DNA of 56,206 bases from an uncultured virus (IMG/VR IMGVR_UViG_3300009080_001637) (IMGVR_UViG_3300009080_001637), one strand, 5' to 3'. Positions 21,207-30,025 are shown, counted from the first letter of the stretch. The notes: generated by a model not told the origin, from the sequence alone. Program-made: numbers and translations.

Positions 21207-22445
21207 ATGACTTACCATAAATTTCAAACCAATGACCTGTTTTCTAACAGAATAAAAACTCACCCCTCATTGCGGTTTTTTATATATCAGGGTAGCGTCT
21301 ACTACAACGAACAGATGGTTGAAGTCGCTTCTCGGCAAGATGATCCTAATAATAAAGTACGCACCGTTCTCCACATGTCTGGGAATCAAATGGACAAAAG
21401 AAGATCGGTTGGGGGAATAAGCTTATATGAGATGAATGTTGACAGATTGGCATCTGACATGATCTATTCTTATAAGGAAAAAGATTCTAGTGGGTTGGGC
21501 TTCAAGACAGTGGGGGTGTCTTCGTTCCAGCAGGCCGATATTGGAGAAATTTTCGACGCCTCCTATCCACTTAGCTCTTCGATCTCTAGTGATTTTTTTA
21601 ATATAACCCCCGAAACAACATCCTCAAGGCTCAATGCTTTGAGAAATACTATAGATTATTACAAATATAATAGTCCCCACTACTCTTTTACGTCTTCAGA
21701 GCAAGACCCTCATGATAGAGACTTTAGTGGCGCTACCGGGGCGACCAAAGTAAAGCTAATAAGTATACCATCAATATACTATGGATCAGGTATTAAGAAA
21801 GGGACAGTCGATCTTAAATTTTTTATGACCGGAACTCTATGTGGGCGTGCCCAAGATATAAATTTAAACGGGGAACTGATCCAAACTGAGCCACAGGGAT
21901 CACAGGACTCAGGATCTGTTGTTGGGTTTGTTCTCTATAGAGAAGGGTTTATTGTGCTGACAGGCAGCGCCTTAAGTAATAACACAGACCTTATGGATTA
22001 TTACGAAGATAATACCACCGAAGAAGGGCCCGCTTGGTATTACTTCGCTAGTACCGGGTCTCTAGGTACTACTTACGCGTCATCTCCGAGAAGTAGCTTT
22101 GCATTAGAGTTTTCAGGCTCAAGCTACATTTCGACAGTGACTATGTTAGCTCATGCCAGAAGAGGCGAGCTTAATTATTCTCAGAACCCTACATTTATAG
22201 ACTATTACAATACCTCTTCTCTTCACTCTGGTAGTGATTTTCTGGAAGAGTCTGGTGGGGAAATTAAAAACTTAGTTGGCGGGGAGTTCTCTGACCTAAC
22301 TTCAAGCTTCCAGAAAATCACTTACATCTCTAAGATTGGTATTTATGATGAACACCAGAATCTTATAGCAGTCGCAAAACTCGCCAACCCCGTTAGGAAA
22401 CGAGAGATTGACGACTACACCTTCAAACTTAAATTGGACATATAA
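21207..22445 (+). CDS. Baseplate/tail-collar-like structural protein, paralog of 20104..21201
   Basis: 412 aa. Shares IKKGT, VG..Y..G..V..GS, NYS.NPT and YISKIGIYDEHQNLIAVAKLANPVRK with the upstream gene. Confidence 0.55.
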   Translation: MTYHKFQTNDLFSNRIKTHPSLRFFIYQGSVYYNEQMVEVASRQDDPNNKVRTVLHMSGNQMDKRRSVGGISLYEMNVDRLASDMIYSYKEKDSSGLGFKTVGVSSFQQADIGEIFDASYPLSSSISSDFFNITPETTSSRLNALRNTIDYYKYNSPHYSFTSSEQDPHDRDFSGATGATKVKLISIPSIYYGSGIKKGTVDLKFFMTGTLCGRAQDINLNGELIQTEPQGSQDSGSVVGFVLYREGFIVLTGSALSNNTDLMDYYEDNTTEEGPAWYYFASTGSLGTTYASSPRSSFALEFSGSSYISTVTMLAHARRGELNYSQNPTFIDYYNTSSLHSGSDFLEESGGEIKNLVGGEFSDLTSSFQKITYISKIGIYDEHQNLIAVAKLANPVRKREIDDYTFKLKLDI

Positions 22446-22987
22446 TGAATATTTTAGGACTAGACATCAGCTCCTCTATCACAGGTGCGTCCGTAATTGA
22501 CGAATCCGGTAAGATTCTATACTGTGAATCGTGGGATACGAGAAGTAAAAAACATTTCCCAAGTCTTCTTCATAAGGCAAGATTTTTAGAAACGAAACTT
22601 CTAGAATTAAGATCTCAATTTGAGATTGACAAGGTTTATATCGAAGAAAGTTTACAATCTTTTCGTAGTGGCTTTTCCTCTGCAAAAACGCTTTCCGTTC
22701 TTTCAAAGATTAACGGTATAGTTTCATATATCGCTTATACTATCTTTGGCCATGAGCCAGAATATCTCGCTGCTACATCTGCTAGGAAATTATACGGCAT
22801 TAAAGTAGCGAAGGGGCAAAAAACAAAGGAGGTTGTTTTAAAGCATATCCTTGACAGTGATCCCGACTTCGTGATATCATACACCAGAAATAATAATCCT
22901 GCACCGGGCAGTTATGACCGGGCAGACTCCTTAGTAATTGCACGATCGGGGTTAAAAGAATGCAAAAAAGTAGAAAACAAAAGTTAA
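22445..22987 (+). CDS. ruvC: RuvC-like Holliday junction resolvase
   Basis: ILGLDISSSITG (catalytic D), VYIEE (catalytic E), KTKEVV and DRADS (DxxD). Confidence 0.85.
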   Translation: MNILGLDISSSITGASVIDESGKILYCESWDTRSKKHFPSLLHKARFLETKLLELRSQFEIDKVYIEESLQSFRSGFSSAKTLSVLSKINGIVSYIAYTIFGHEPEYLAATSARKLYGIKVAKGQKTKEVVLKHILDSDPDFVISYTRNNNPAPGSYDRADSLVIARSGLKECKKVENKS

Positions 22988-23907
22988 ACATCCTTAAGAA
23001 GATCTTTGGGTCTTGTCGCCATTCTCACCAAGAACATCTTTTCCAGTGTCCGCAATGTAATCACCACAAGTTAAAACTTTCAGTTAATCTAGACAAAAAC
23101 GTTTTTAAATGTTGGGTCTGTGATTATCGGGGTAAGAACGTTTATCGGCTAGTTAAAAAGTATGGAGATTTTAACGACTGTAGGGAATGGCCGAGGGACG
23201 AAGACAAGGTCGATATAACAGAATTTGACAAAATCATTCTGCAGATTGAATCGGAAGGAGCAGAACCAATAACCGATCTCCCGGATGAGTTCGAGCCACT
23301 CAGCACTTCGCACATCGAATTTGCCTCGATACAGGCAAGAAGATATCTGAAGGACAGGGGGGTAACTAACGATCAGATTCTTAAATGGAAGATTGGTTTC
23401 TGTAAGTCGGGAGAATATGAAGGAAGGGTGGTGATCCCTTCCTTCAACTTAGACGGTGACGTTAATTATTATGTCACGCGAAGCTATACTGGAGATTGGA
23501 GAAAATATAAGAATTCCCCGCTATCGAAAAATAAAATGATTTTTAATGAGTTGTTTCTTGATTTCTCTAAAGAGATTATAATAACAGAGGGGGTGTTTGA
23601 TTCTATCGTTGCAGGCGACAACTCGGTCCCGCTTCTTGGGTCGACATTATCAGAAAAGTCAAAATTATTTTGGGAAATTGTAAAAAATGATACTTCGGTA
23701 TATATTGGCCTCGATGCCAACGTAGAGAATAAATCCTTGTACATAATAGACAAGCTTTTGAAGTATGATATAGAAGTCTATAAAATCGACACGACGGGTT
23801 ATGACGATATCGGATCGATGTCGCGAAGAGTGTTTAATCAGAGAAAAGATGAAGCAGAGTTTATGAGTTCTCACAAATGTATGATCAAGCGAGCAATGAT
23901 GTTATGA
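22960..23907 (+). CDS. DNA primase (Zn ribbon + TOPRIM)
   Basis: CPQC...CWVC zinc ribbon; YLKDRG, GRVVIP, KYKNSP and ITEGVFD motifs of DnaG-type/T4 gp61-like primases. Confidence 0.85.
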   Translation: MQKSRKQKLNILKKIFGSCRHSHQEHLFQCPQCNHHKLKLSVNLDKNVFKCWVCDYRGKNVYRLVKKYGDFNDCREWPRDEDKVDITEFDKIILQIESEGAEPITDLPDEFEPLSTSHIEFASIQARRYLKDRGVTNDQILKWKIGFCKSGEYEGRVVIPSFNLDGDVNYYVTRSYTGDWRKYKNSPLSKNKMIFNELFLDFSKEIIITEGVFDSIVAGDNSVPLLGSTLSEKSKLFWEIVKNDTSVYIGLDANVENKSLYIIDKLLKYDIEVYKIDTTGYDDIGSMSRRVFNQRKDEAEFMSSHKCMIKRAMML

Positions 23908-24596
23908 AAAAAAATATGTTTATCCTGCTATTAATCTTCTTAGTTTTTTCGGCATATGCAGCGTGGGGCGAAGAAAGAGTATGCCCTTCAGACATGGTTA
24001 AAATTGATAGCTATTGTATCGATATGTTTGAGGCCCCAAATAAACCTTATGAGAAACCATTAGTAATGTTTTCGTTTGTTGAGTCTGAGGCGTGGTGTGA
24101 AAACCAAGGGAAAAGATTATGCTATGATGACGAATGGACGAAGGCTTGTAAAGGGCCAGAGAAATATGAGTGGTCTTACGGAGATAATTATAAAAAGGGG
24201 TATTGCAACACAGACAAAATTTGGAAAAGATATTCAGGGTCTAAGCTAGGGAATTGGAAAAAAACTATTTCAACACCTGATATGCAAACTCTTGATGGGT
24301 TGTTTTACAAAGCCGTGGAAGAAAATTCTAAGACTGCGGCAGAACACGTACTCGCTTTATATCAGGCGGACCCTAGTGGCGATAATATCGCATGTTTTTC
24401 AACATACGGTGTTTATGATTTGATCGGCAATGTAGAAGAGTGGACGCAAAGGCGAAATTATACTAAGAGATCTTTTAGAGGCAACCTAAAAGGAAGGTTT
24501 TGGGCAGAACCAAGATCTTGCAGTCAGTCAGTAAAAAACCACGGCGATCTGTTTCGATTTTATGAAATAGGATTTAGATGCTGTAAAAGTCTATAA
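23904..24596 (+). CDS. Secreted FGE-sulfatase (SUMF1/CLec-fold) domain protein
   Basis: ATGA overlap with the primase stop. Signal peptide MKKNMFILLLIFLVFSAYA; motifs AWCENQGKRLC...EW..AC, YGVYDLIGNVEEW and IGFRCC. Confidence 0.85.
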   Translation: MKKNMFILLLIFLVFSAYAAWGEERVCPSDMVKIDSYCIDMFEAPNKPYEKPLVMFSFVESEAWCENQGKRLCYDDEWTKACKGPEKYEWSYGDNYKKGYCNTDKIWKRYSGSKLGNWKKTISTPDMQTLDGLFYKAVEENSKTAAEHVLALYQADPSGDNIACFSTYGVYDLIGNVEEWTQRRNYTKRSFRGNLKGRFWAEPRSCSQSVKNHGDLFRFYEIGFRCCKSL

Positions 24597-24604
24597 GGAG
24601 ACAA

Positions 24605-27600
24605 ATGACTAGAATCGCGCACATTAGTGATATACACATAAGAAACTTAAAGTTTCACAAAGAGTATACCGAAAGTTTTGAAGACCTTTATAAAAAAGTA
24701 AAAGGGCAGGATATCGATATTATCTATATCGGCGGCGATATTGCCCACACAAAGACAAATTTATCGCCAGAATACTTTGAACTGTGTTCGAATTTCCTCA
24801 CCAATCTGGCGGAGATAGCGCCTACATATATAATCTTAGGGAACCACGACGGTAATCTAAAATCAACCCAAAGGCAAGATGCTGTCACTCCCGTGGTCGA
24901 TGCACTCAAAAACCCTAATATTTTCTTAATTAAAAACTGCGAAGAGGTCAAGATCACAGAAGACATCGTATTTAACTGTTTATCGGTTTTTGATAGAGAA
25001 AATTGGATCGACCCTACCGATGTCGACAAGATCAATGTTGCATTGTATCACGGATCGATCTCTGGGTGTTCGACTGACATAGGGTGGGTGATGGACCACG
25101 GAGAGGAAGACCTTTCCATTTTTGATAAGTTTGACTATGCTATGTTGGGAGATATCCACAAAACAAATCAAATCCTAGACAAAAAGGGAAAGGTGAGGTA
25201 CTCTGGGAGCCTGATCCAGCAGAATCACGGGGAAACAAATGATAAGGGTTTTTTAGTTTGGGATATTAAAACAAAAGAGGATTTCAGTGTTAAACACATA
25301 AAAGTCAGCAATCCTAAACCACATGTGACGGTTGAATTAACATCAGGTGGTATACTTCCGAAAAACCTTAATGTTCCCAAAGACAGCCGACTTAGATTGG
25401 TTTATAACAACGTCCCTATTTCAAAAGTAAGACTTGCAGTAGAAAGAGCAAAAACAAATTTTAAGCCTGAGTCAATTGTCACTCTCAACAAGATGGATAC
25501 TAAATCAAGCCAGTCGGGGTCTACAATTGAAGCCAAGCAAGAGAACTTACGAGACATCGTCGTGCAGAGCAATTTAATAAAAGATTACCTCGAAGATTAT
25601 AAACTGCCAGAGGAAAAGCTGGAGAAGATATACAAACTAAACCGGAAGCTTAATTCATCAGTTGAAGAAAGTGAAGAGATAGGTAGGAATATTAATTGGA
25701 AGCTAATTTCCATTGAATGGGATAATCTCTTTAATTATGGAGAGTCAAACAAGATTGATTTTAGGAATCTTAACGGGATTACGGGAATCTTCGGAAAAAA
25801 CTATTCAGGGAAGTCGAGTATCATCGACGCAATACTTTTTACAATATTCAATAATACTTCCAAGAACGAAAGAAAGAATTTGAGCATTATCAATCAAGAA
25901 AAGGATTCGTGCATCGGCAAGGTCAAAATAGAAGTTGGGAGCAGACTGTACACTATCACTAGAGAGTGCGAAAAATATATAAAAAAATTAAAAGGGAAAG
26001 AGACCTTAGAAGCAAAGACTAGCGTAGACTTTAGGGTTAAGGACAAAACAACTGGTCTAACTAAAGACCTGAACGAGACAAATAGAAACGAAACGGATAA
26101 AAAAATAAGAAAATATTTTGGTTCCCTAGAAGATTTCTTGTTTACTTCAATGACCTCTCAGAACGGCGCGCTTAACTTTATCAACGAGGGTTCGACAAAA
26201 AGAAAAGAGTTACTTGCTAAATTCCTTGATCTTGAAATCTTTGACCAAAAATTTAAATTAGCAAAAGAAGAATCAGCTCTCCTCAAATCCAGTATTAGAA
26301 AACAGCAAGACCGAGACTTTGATTCAGAACTTGAATTAATTGATAAACTAATCTTTGGGAGTGAAGAGAATATAGAGAGGGAAAAAAAATCTTGCAAAGT
26401 TGTAAGCTCAAAGATTGATATCCTTCAGGGTGAACTGCAGGATGTGATTTTATCAATTAAAACGCTGCCAAAAAGTTTGATCGACTTAGGATCCATAGAA
26501 GACGCGCTCGCATCAAATAGCAGAGAATTTAACCTCGTATCTGGCGAAAAAAAGAAAATAGAAGAACAGATCGAATCTGATTCCGAGATGCTGTTTAAAA
26601 TCGAAGAATTTGCCAAAGCATTTGATTTTAGCTCTAGGAAAAACAAGCAAGACATCATAGAATCTAAAAGAGAGGAGCTTGACAGCTTCTTCCTGAACAT
26701 TTCTCAGCTCTCTAGAAAACTTGATAGAAAAAAAGAAAAAACCAAACTTCTTTCTCAAGTCCCTTGTGGTGATGAATATTCTTCTTGTAGATTTATCAAA
26801 GACGCCTATGCAGCACGAGATGATATCGAAGATCTTTGCGACGAGATTGAAGAAGTCAAATCTCTTTTTGATAAACTTAAGTTAGATATAGATAAAATGG
26901 AGCCAGCTAAAAATCAAGAGCACCTTGACAAATATACAAAATTGATGGAAAAGAGAAACAAAACTCACATGGATCTTAAAAATCTTAGGGTTAGAAAAGA
27001 GAAGGCAGAAGCTTCACTAACCCATCTTAGTAGCGCTATTGAAAGACTTAATCAGAAGAAAGAAGAATACAAGAAAAATAAAGAAGAGATGGGTAAACTA
27101 ATAAACCTGAGGGAGCAAGAAAGAGATCTCGATAGGAGCATTGAAGATAAAAAGAGATTATTGCAAAATTGTAATAATAAGATTCTCAAACTCTATCAAG
27201 AGCACGGCTCTTTAGAACAAGGGTACAAAAATATTGAGAAAGAAAAGCTAGAATATCAAAAGGATAATGATGACTTTTTAATTTATGAGATGTACCTGAC
27301 TTGTATGCACAGTTGTGGCATTTCTTATGAAATAATAAAAAACCGTCTTCCAATTATCAATAATGAGATACAGAAAGTACTTTCGAACATAACAAACTTT
27401 GAAGTATTTTTTGAGGAAGACGGAAAGAAATTGAACATTTTGCTACAACATTATGGTCAGGAGCCAAGGCCTATCTCACTGGGCTCAGGCGCAGAAAAAT
27501 CTATTGCTGCCATGGCGATACGGTTGGCTCTATTAACAGTTTCAAGTCTCCCGAAATCAAATATCTTTATTCTTGATGAGCCGGGCACAGCACTAGATGA

Positions 27601-27754
27601 AAACAATATGGAAGGCTTTATTCAGATCCTTGAGATTACTAAGATGCATTTCAAGACAGTTCTTCTTATTTCTCACCTAGAATCACTGAAAGATTGTGTA
27701 GACACTCAAATAAACATCCAAAAAATAAATAATCTTGCCCATGTCAATGTTTAA
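24605..27754 (+). CDS. Fused Mre11/SbcD nuclease - Rad50/SbcC ATPase (T4 gp47-gp46-like recombination nuclease)
   Basis: Phosphoesterase motifs HISDIH, GGDIAH, LGNHD, GDIH. Walker A GKNYSGKSS, long coiled coil, signature-like SLGSGAEK, Walker B FILDEP, H-loop LISH. Confidence 0.92.
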   Translation: MTRIAHISDIHIRNLKFHKEYTESFEDLYKKVKGQDIDIIYIGGDIAHTKTNLSPEYFELCSNFLTNLAEIAPTYIILGNHDGNLKSTQRQDAVTPVVDALKNPNIFLIKNCEEVKITEDIVFNCLSVFDRENWIDPTDVDKINVALYHGSISGCSTDIGWVMDHGEEDLSIFDKFDYAMLGDIHKTNQILDKKGKVRYSGSLIQQNHGETNDKGFLVWDIKTKEDFSVKHIKVSNPKPHVTVELTSGGILPKNLNVPKDSRLRLVYNNVPISKVRLAVERAKTNFKPESIVTLNKMDTKSSQSGSTIEAKQENLRDIVVQSNLIKDYLEDYKLPEEKLEKIYKLNRKLNSSVEESEEIGRNINWKLISIEWDNLFNYGESNKIDFRNLNGITGIFGKNYSGKSSIIDAILFTIFNNTSKNERKNLSIINQEKDSCIGKVKIEVGSRLYTITRECEKYIKKLKGKETLEAKTSVDFRVKDKTTGLTKDLNETNRNETDKKIRKYFGSLEDFLFTSMTSQNGALNFINEGSTKRKELLAKFLDLEIFDQKFKLAKEESALLKSSIRKQQDRDFDSELELIDKLIFGSEENIEREKKSCKVVSSKIDILQGELQDVILSIKTLPKSLIDLGSIEDALASNSREFNLVSGEKKKIEEQIESDSEMLFKIEEFAKAFDFSSRKNKQDIIESKREELDSFFLNISQLSRKLDRKKEKTKLLSQVPCGDEYSSCRFIKDAYAARDDIEDLCDEIEEVKSLFDKLKLDIDKMEPAKNQEHLDKYTKLMEKRNKTHMDLKNLRVRKEKAEASLTHLSSAIERLNQKKEEYKKNKEEMGKLINLREQERDLDRSIEDKKRLLQNCNNKILKLYQEHGSLEQGYKNIEKEKLEYQKDNDDFLIYEMYLTCMHSCGISYEIIKNRLPIINNEIQKVLSNITNFEVFFEEDGKKLNILLQHYGQEPRPISLGSGAEKSIAAMAIRLALLTVSSLPKSNIFILDEPGTALDENNMEGFIQILEITKMHFKTVLLISHLESLKDCVDTQINIQKINNLAHVNV

Positions 27755-27761
27755 ACTTTTG

Positions 27762-27771
27762 ACTATTTATA
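27762..27771 (+). promoter_or_regulatory. Putative late promoter motif ACTATTTATA
   Basis: Consensus copy in an intergenic gap, 29 nt before ATG 27791. Confidence 0.65.
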
Positions 27772-27790
27772 GTTAAAAGGGGAAACAACC

Positions 27791-27994
27791 ATGAATAAAA
27801 TAGATACTTTTTTAGAGAAAGCCATTAGCCGAAAGCTTTTGGTTTGGATCTTCTCAACAATCTTTCTCATCATAGGTCTGATCACTGCCGATCAGTGGGT
27901 TGCGATTGCCCTTGGTTACGTTGGTGTCCAAGGGTTTGCAGATTTGGCGACTAGCTGGAAAACAACAACCAATAATGATGAACGAGAACAATGA
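27791..27994 (+). CDS. Putative holin (two TM helices)
   Basis: 67 aa. SRK followed by two hydrophobic segments and a charged C-terminus. Confidence 0.55.
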   Translation: MNKIDTFLEKAISRKLLVWIFSTIFLIIGLITADQWVAIALGYVGVQGFADLATSWKTTTNNDEREQ

Positions 27995-28452
27995 TTTTTT
28001 TAAAAAAAATACTAGCTTTTTTTAAAAATTACTGGTATACTCCTATTATAATTTTAGGTTTAGTTACTGGCTATTTCTTTCTTAGTGGCGGTGGGGTAAA
28101 AAAATTCAAATCTATACTCAACGCTGCTAAAAGAAGATATCGAAAAGATAAAGAAGATATTGAAAAGATCCAAAGAGACAAAAATAATAAAAAAACTGAA
28201 ATTATAAACGATACATTTCAAGACCTTAGAGACCTACATGAGGATAAAGATGTAGGGCTTAACAAACTTGAAAAGAAAAAACAAGATTCAATTGATAACA
28301 GGATAGGGAGGTACAATGAGGGCCCAGATGATTTCACAAAAGAAGTTGGCGAGTTTTTTGATTTTAGCATCTTTACTGATGACAACCGCTCCTCTGTTGA
28401 TGGCTCAGGAAAAAGAAAAGAAACCTTATATAAAAAATCTGAAGAAGGGTGA
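27991..28452 (+). CDS. Putative inner-membrane spanin-like protein
   Basis: Single N-terminal TM (YWYTPIIILGLVTGYFFL) followed by a charged helical/coiled-coil region. ATGA-coupled to the holin-like gene. Confidence 0.45.
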   Translation: MIFLKKILAFFKNYWYTPIIILGLVTGYFFLSGGGVKKFKSILNAAKRRYRKDKEDIEKIQRDKNNKKTEIINDTFQDLRDLHEDKDVGLNKLEKKKQDSIDNRIGRYNEGPDDFTKEVGEFFDFSIFTDDNRSSVDGSGKRKETLYKKSEEG

Positions 28453-28777
28453 GAAAGCTCCTTTTGAAGGTGTTTTAATCGAACCTTGGGGTCTAGCCGA
28501 GATTATGAGCGAAATCGAGTTTGAAGATCAAAGGCACGATCTTGAACTAGAGTATCAGAAAAAAATCTTAACTAAAGAGTTTGAACTAAAATTAAATAAT
28601 TTAGAATTAGACCTCACAGCCGAACGAAAATTAAATAAATCCATTAATGGAAATATGGAAGACTATATCGGTTTCCTAGAAACTGCAGCAGTGAATGAAG
28701 TAAACATTAATGGGTGGGAGCTTATATTGGGGTATGCCGCTGGAACATTAGTAACAGGAGGCATCGTCTGGGGTTGA
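28316..28777 (+). CDS. Exported coiled-coil protein with C-terminal TM anchor (spanin-partner-like); start 28316 or 28328
   Basis: Signal peptide KKLASFLILASLLMTTAPLLMA, coiled coil, C-terminal WELILGYAAGTLVTGGIVWG. Overlaps the upstream ORF by 125-137 nt. Confidence 0.5.
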   Translation: MRAQMISQKKLASFLILASLLMTTAPLLMAQEKEKKPYIKNLKKGEKAPFEGVLIEPWGLAEIMSEIEFEDQRHDLELEYQKKILTKEFELKLNNLELDLTAERKLNKSINGNMEDYIGFLETAAVNEVNINGWELILGYAAGTLVTGGIVWG

Positions 28778-28785
28778 AGTACATT

Positions 28786-29193
28786 ATGAACAAAGAACAA
28801 TATGAGTTTATTTTAAGATTAGAAAAAGCTGTTTCAGAAAAATATGGTAAAGAGGCGATAGCAGATCCAAACGACAACTGGGATAAAGAGAAGGAAAAGG
28901 ACTACTTAGAACAGATTAAAATACTTTCAAATAAAGAAAGAAAGGTTGAGGAAACTAAAGATAAAGTCGAGCACGATGGCTTTTTAATCTCCAAAAAACT
29001 ACTTAATAAAGAATCCAACAGGATTTGTCCAGTATGTGAGGCTTATTCTATGAAAATCAAAGATGACGTTTTTATGAACAAGTATGAATGCTGCTTTAAT
29101 TGTTTTATACAATGGGTCGAAGGCAGAGAAGAGCGCTGGGTGAGTGGTTGGAGACCCACACAAAAGAAGACAGTTCTAGGAGAACAAAAATGA
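28786..29193 (+). CDS. Hypothetical protein with C-terminal zinc finger
   Basis: ATG 28786 follows the upstream stop (MNKEQYEF...). CPVC...CFNC, ending GWRP. Confidence 0.65.
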   Translation: MNKEQYEFILRLEKAVSEKYGKEAIADPNDNWDKEKEKDYLEQIKILSNKERKVEETKDKVEHDGFLISKKLLNKESNRICPVCEAYSMKIKDDVFMNKYECCFNCFIQWVEGREERWVSGWRPTQKKTVLGEQK

Positions 29194-29516
29194 AAATTAC
29201 TAAAAGATTTCTTGAAAAAAATATAAGAGAAGTGATCTCTGAGATCCTGAAAGAGGGAACAGAAGAGGGTCACAACTATGAGCACACCTCTCTGACAGGC
29301 GAGGAGAAAGACAATTTTGCTATTAAAACTGGACTAGGGGAGATCCTTAGGATTGTAGCGGAATTAGAGGAGGCTGGTGATAAAGCTGCCGCAATGGAAG
29401 TAATAGAAAATATTAAAAACCAGCTTAAGCCGTATGCAGATAGCATTATGAAAAAAAGATTAAATCGAGGTCGAGATACCCAAAATAAGAGGCGAACAGC
29501 GAAAAAGGAAGGATAA
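29190..29516 (+). CDS. Hypothetical protein with MKITK..L..I.E N-terminal tag (candidate internal head protein)
   Basis: SD AGGAG and ATGA overlap at 29190. Starts MKITKRFLEKNIREVISEILKE. Confidence 0.65.
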   Translation: MKITKRFLEKNIREVISEILKEGTEEGHNYEHTSLTGEEKDNFAIKTGLGEILRIVAELEEAGDKAAAMEVIENIKNQLKPYADSIMKKRLNRGRDTQNKRRTAKKEG

Positions 29517-29518
29517 AA

Positions 29519-30025
29519 ATGTCGACAACATATGATATTATCAAAGGAATTAGCCAAGCCGCGTCAAAGTCTTATGATGGGGCGACCGATGACAAAGGAG
29601 AACCGGTTAAGATTGGGCTAAAGAGAGAAGAGGGACGACCCCTTATCGATAAAAGGGTGATGGACGGGTTTTCTGTATCTTTTCACGGTGACCAACTCTG
29701 TGTTCATTACCACAGTGAGATGACTAAAAAAGAACTAACCAATCTTAAGGATGTCGACGGAGATACCGCTTCGATGTTTAAAAAGATTGTCAAGTTCCTT
29801 AAAAAGGAATATAAGCAGATCACAGGTAATGGATTGTCTTTGACTCAAACATGCGATTGTAAAGTTAGATTAGAATATATTTCACACATCCGTTGTTGGT
29901 TAACCGCCAAACAATACTTTAAGATTGGTGGTCTCAAGGGCTTCGAAGAAGAAAAGTCGCCGGATGACCGATTAGATGATTCGATTAAAAAATGGATTAG
30001 TCTTGGAAAGGGAGCCCCAAAATAA
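29519..30025 (+). CDS. Hypothetical phage protein upstream of terminase
   Basis: 168-aa ORF, SD AAGGA, tight packing. Confidence 0.65.
   Translation: MSTTYDIIKGISQAASKSYDGATDDKGEPVKIGLKREEGRPLIDKRVMDGFSVSFHGDQLCVHYHSEMTKKELTNLKDVDGDTASMFKKIVKFLKKEYKQITGNGLSLTQTCDCKVRLEYISHIRCWLTAKQYFKIGGLKGFEEEKSPDDRLDDSIKKWISLGKGAPK

Noticed and set aside
24490..24596. Diversity-generating retroelement targeting the CLec/FGE C-terminus
   Set aside because: No reverse transcriptase and no second, adenine-variant copy of this region seen in the window.
28714..29189. Longer N-termini given by the ORF track (23877, 28714, 29100, 34540, 36237, 39592, 49524, 52332)
   Set aside because: Downstream ATGs have better SD sites or stop-start coupling; the extensions mostly just overlap upstream genes.
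29519..30025. Terminase small subunit
   Set aside because: Position fits, but I see no recognisable gp16/TerS motif, so it is left as hypothetical.
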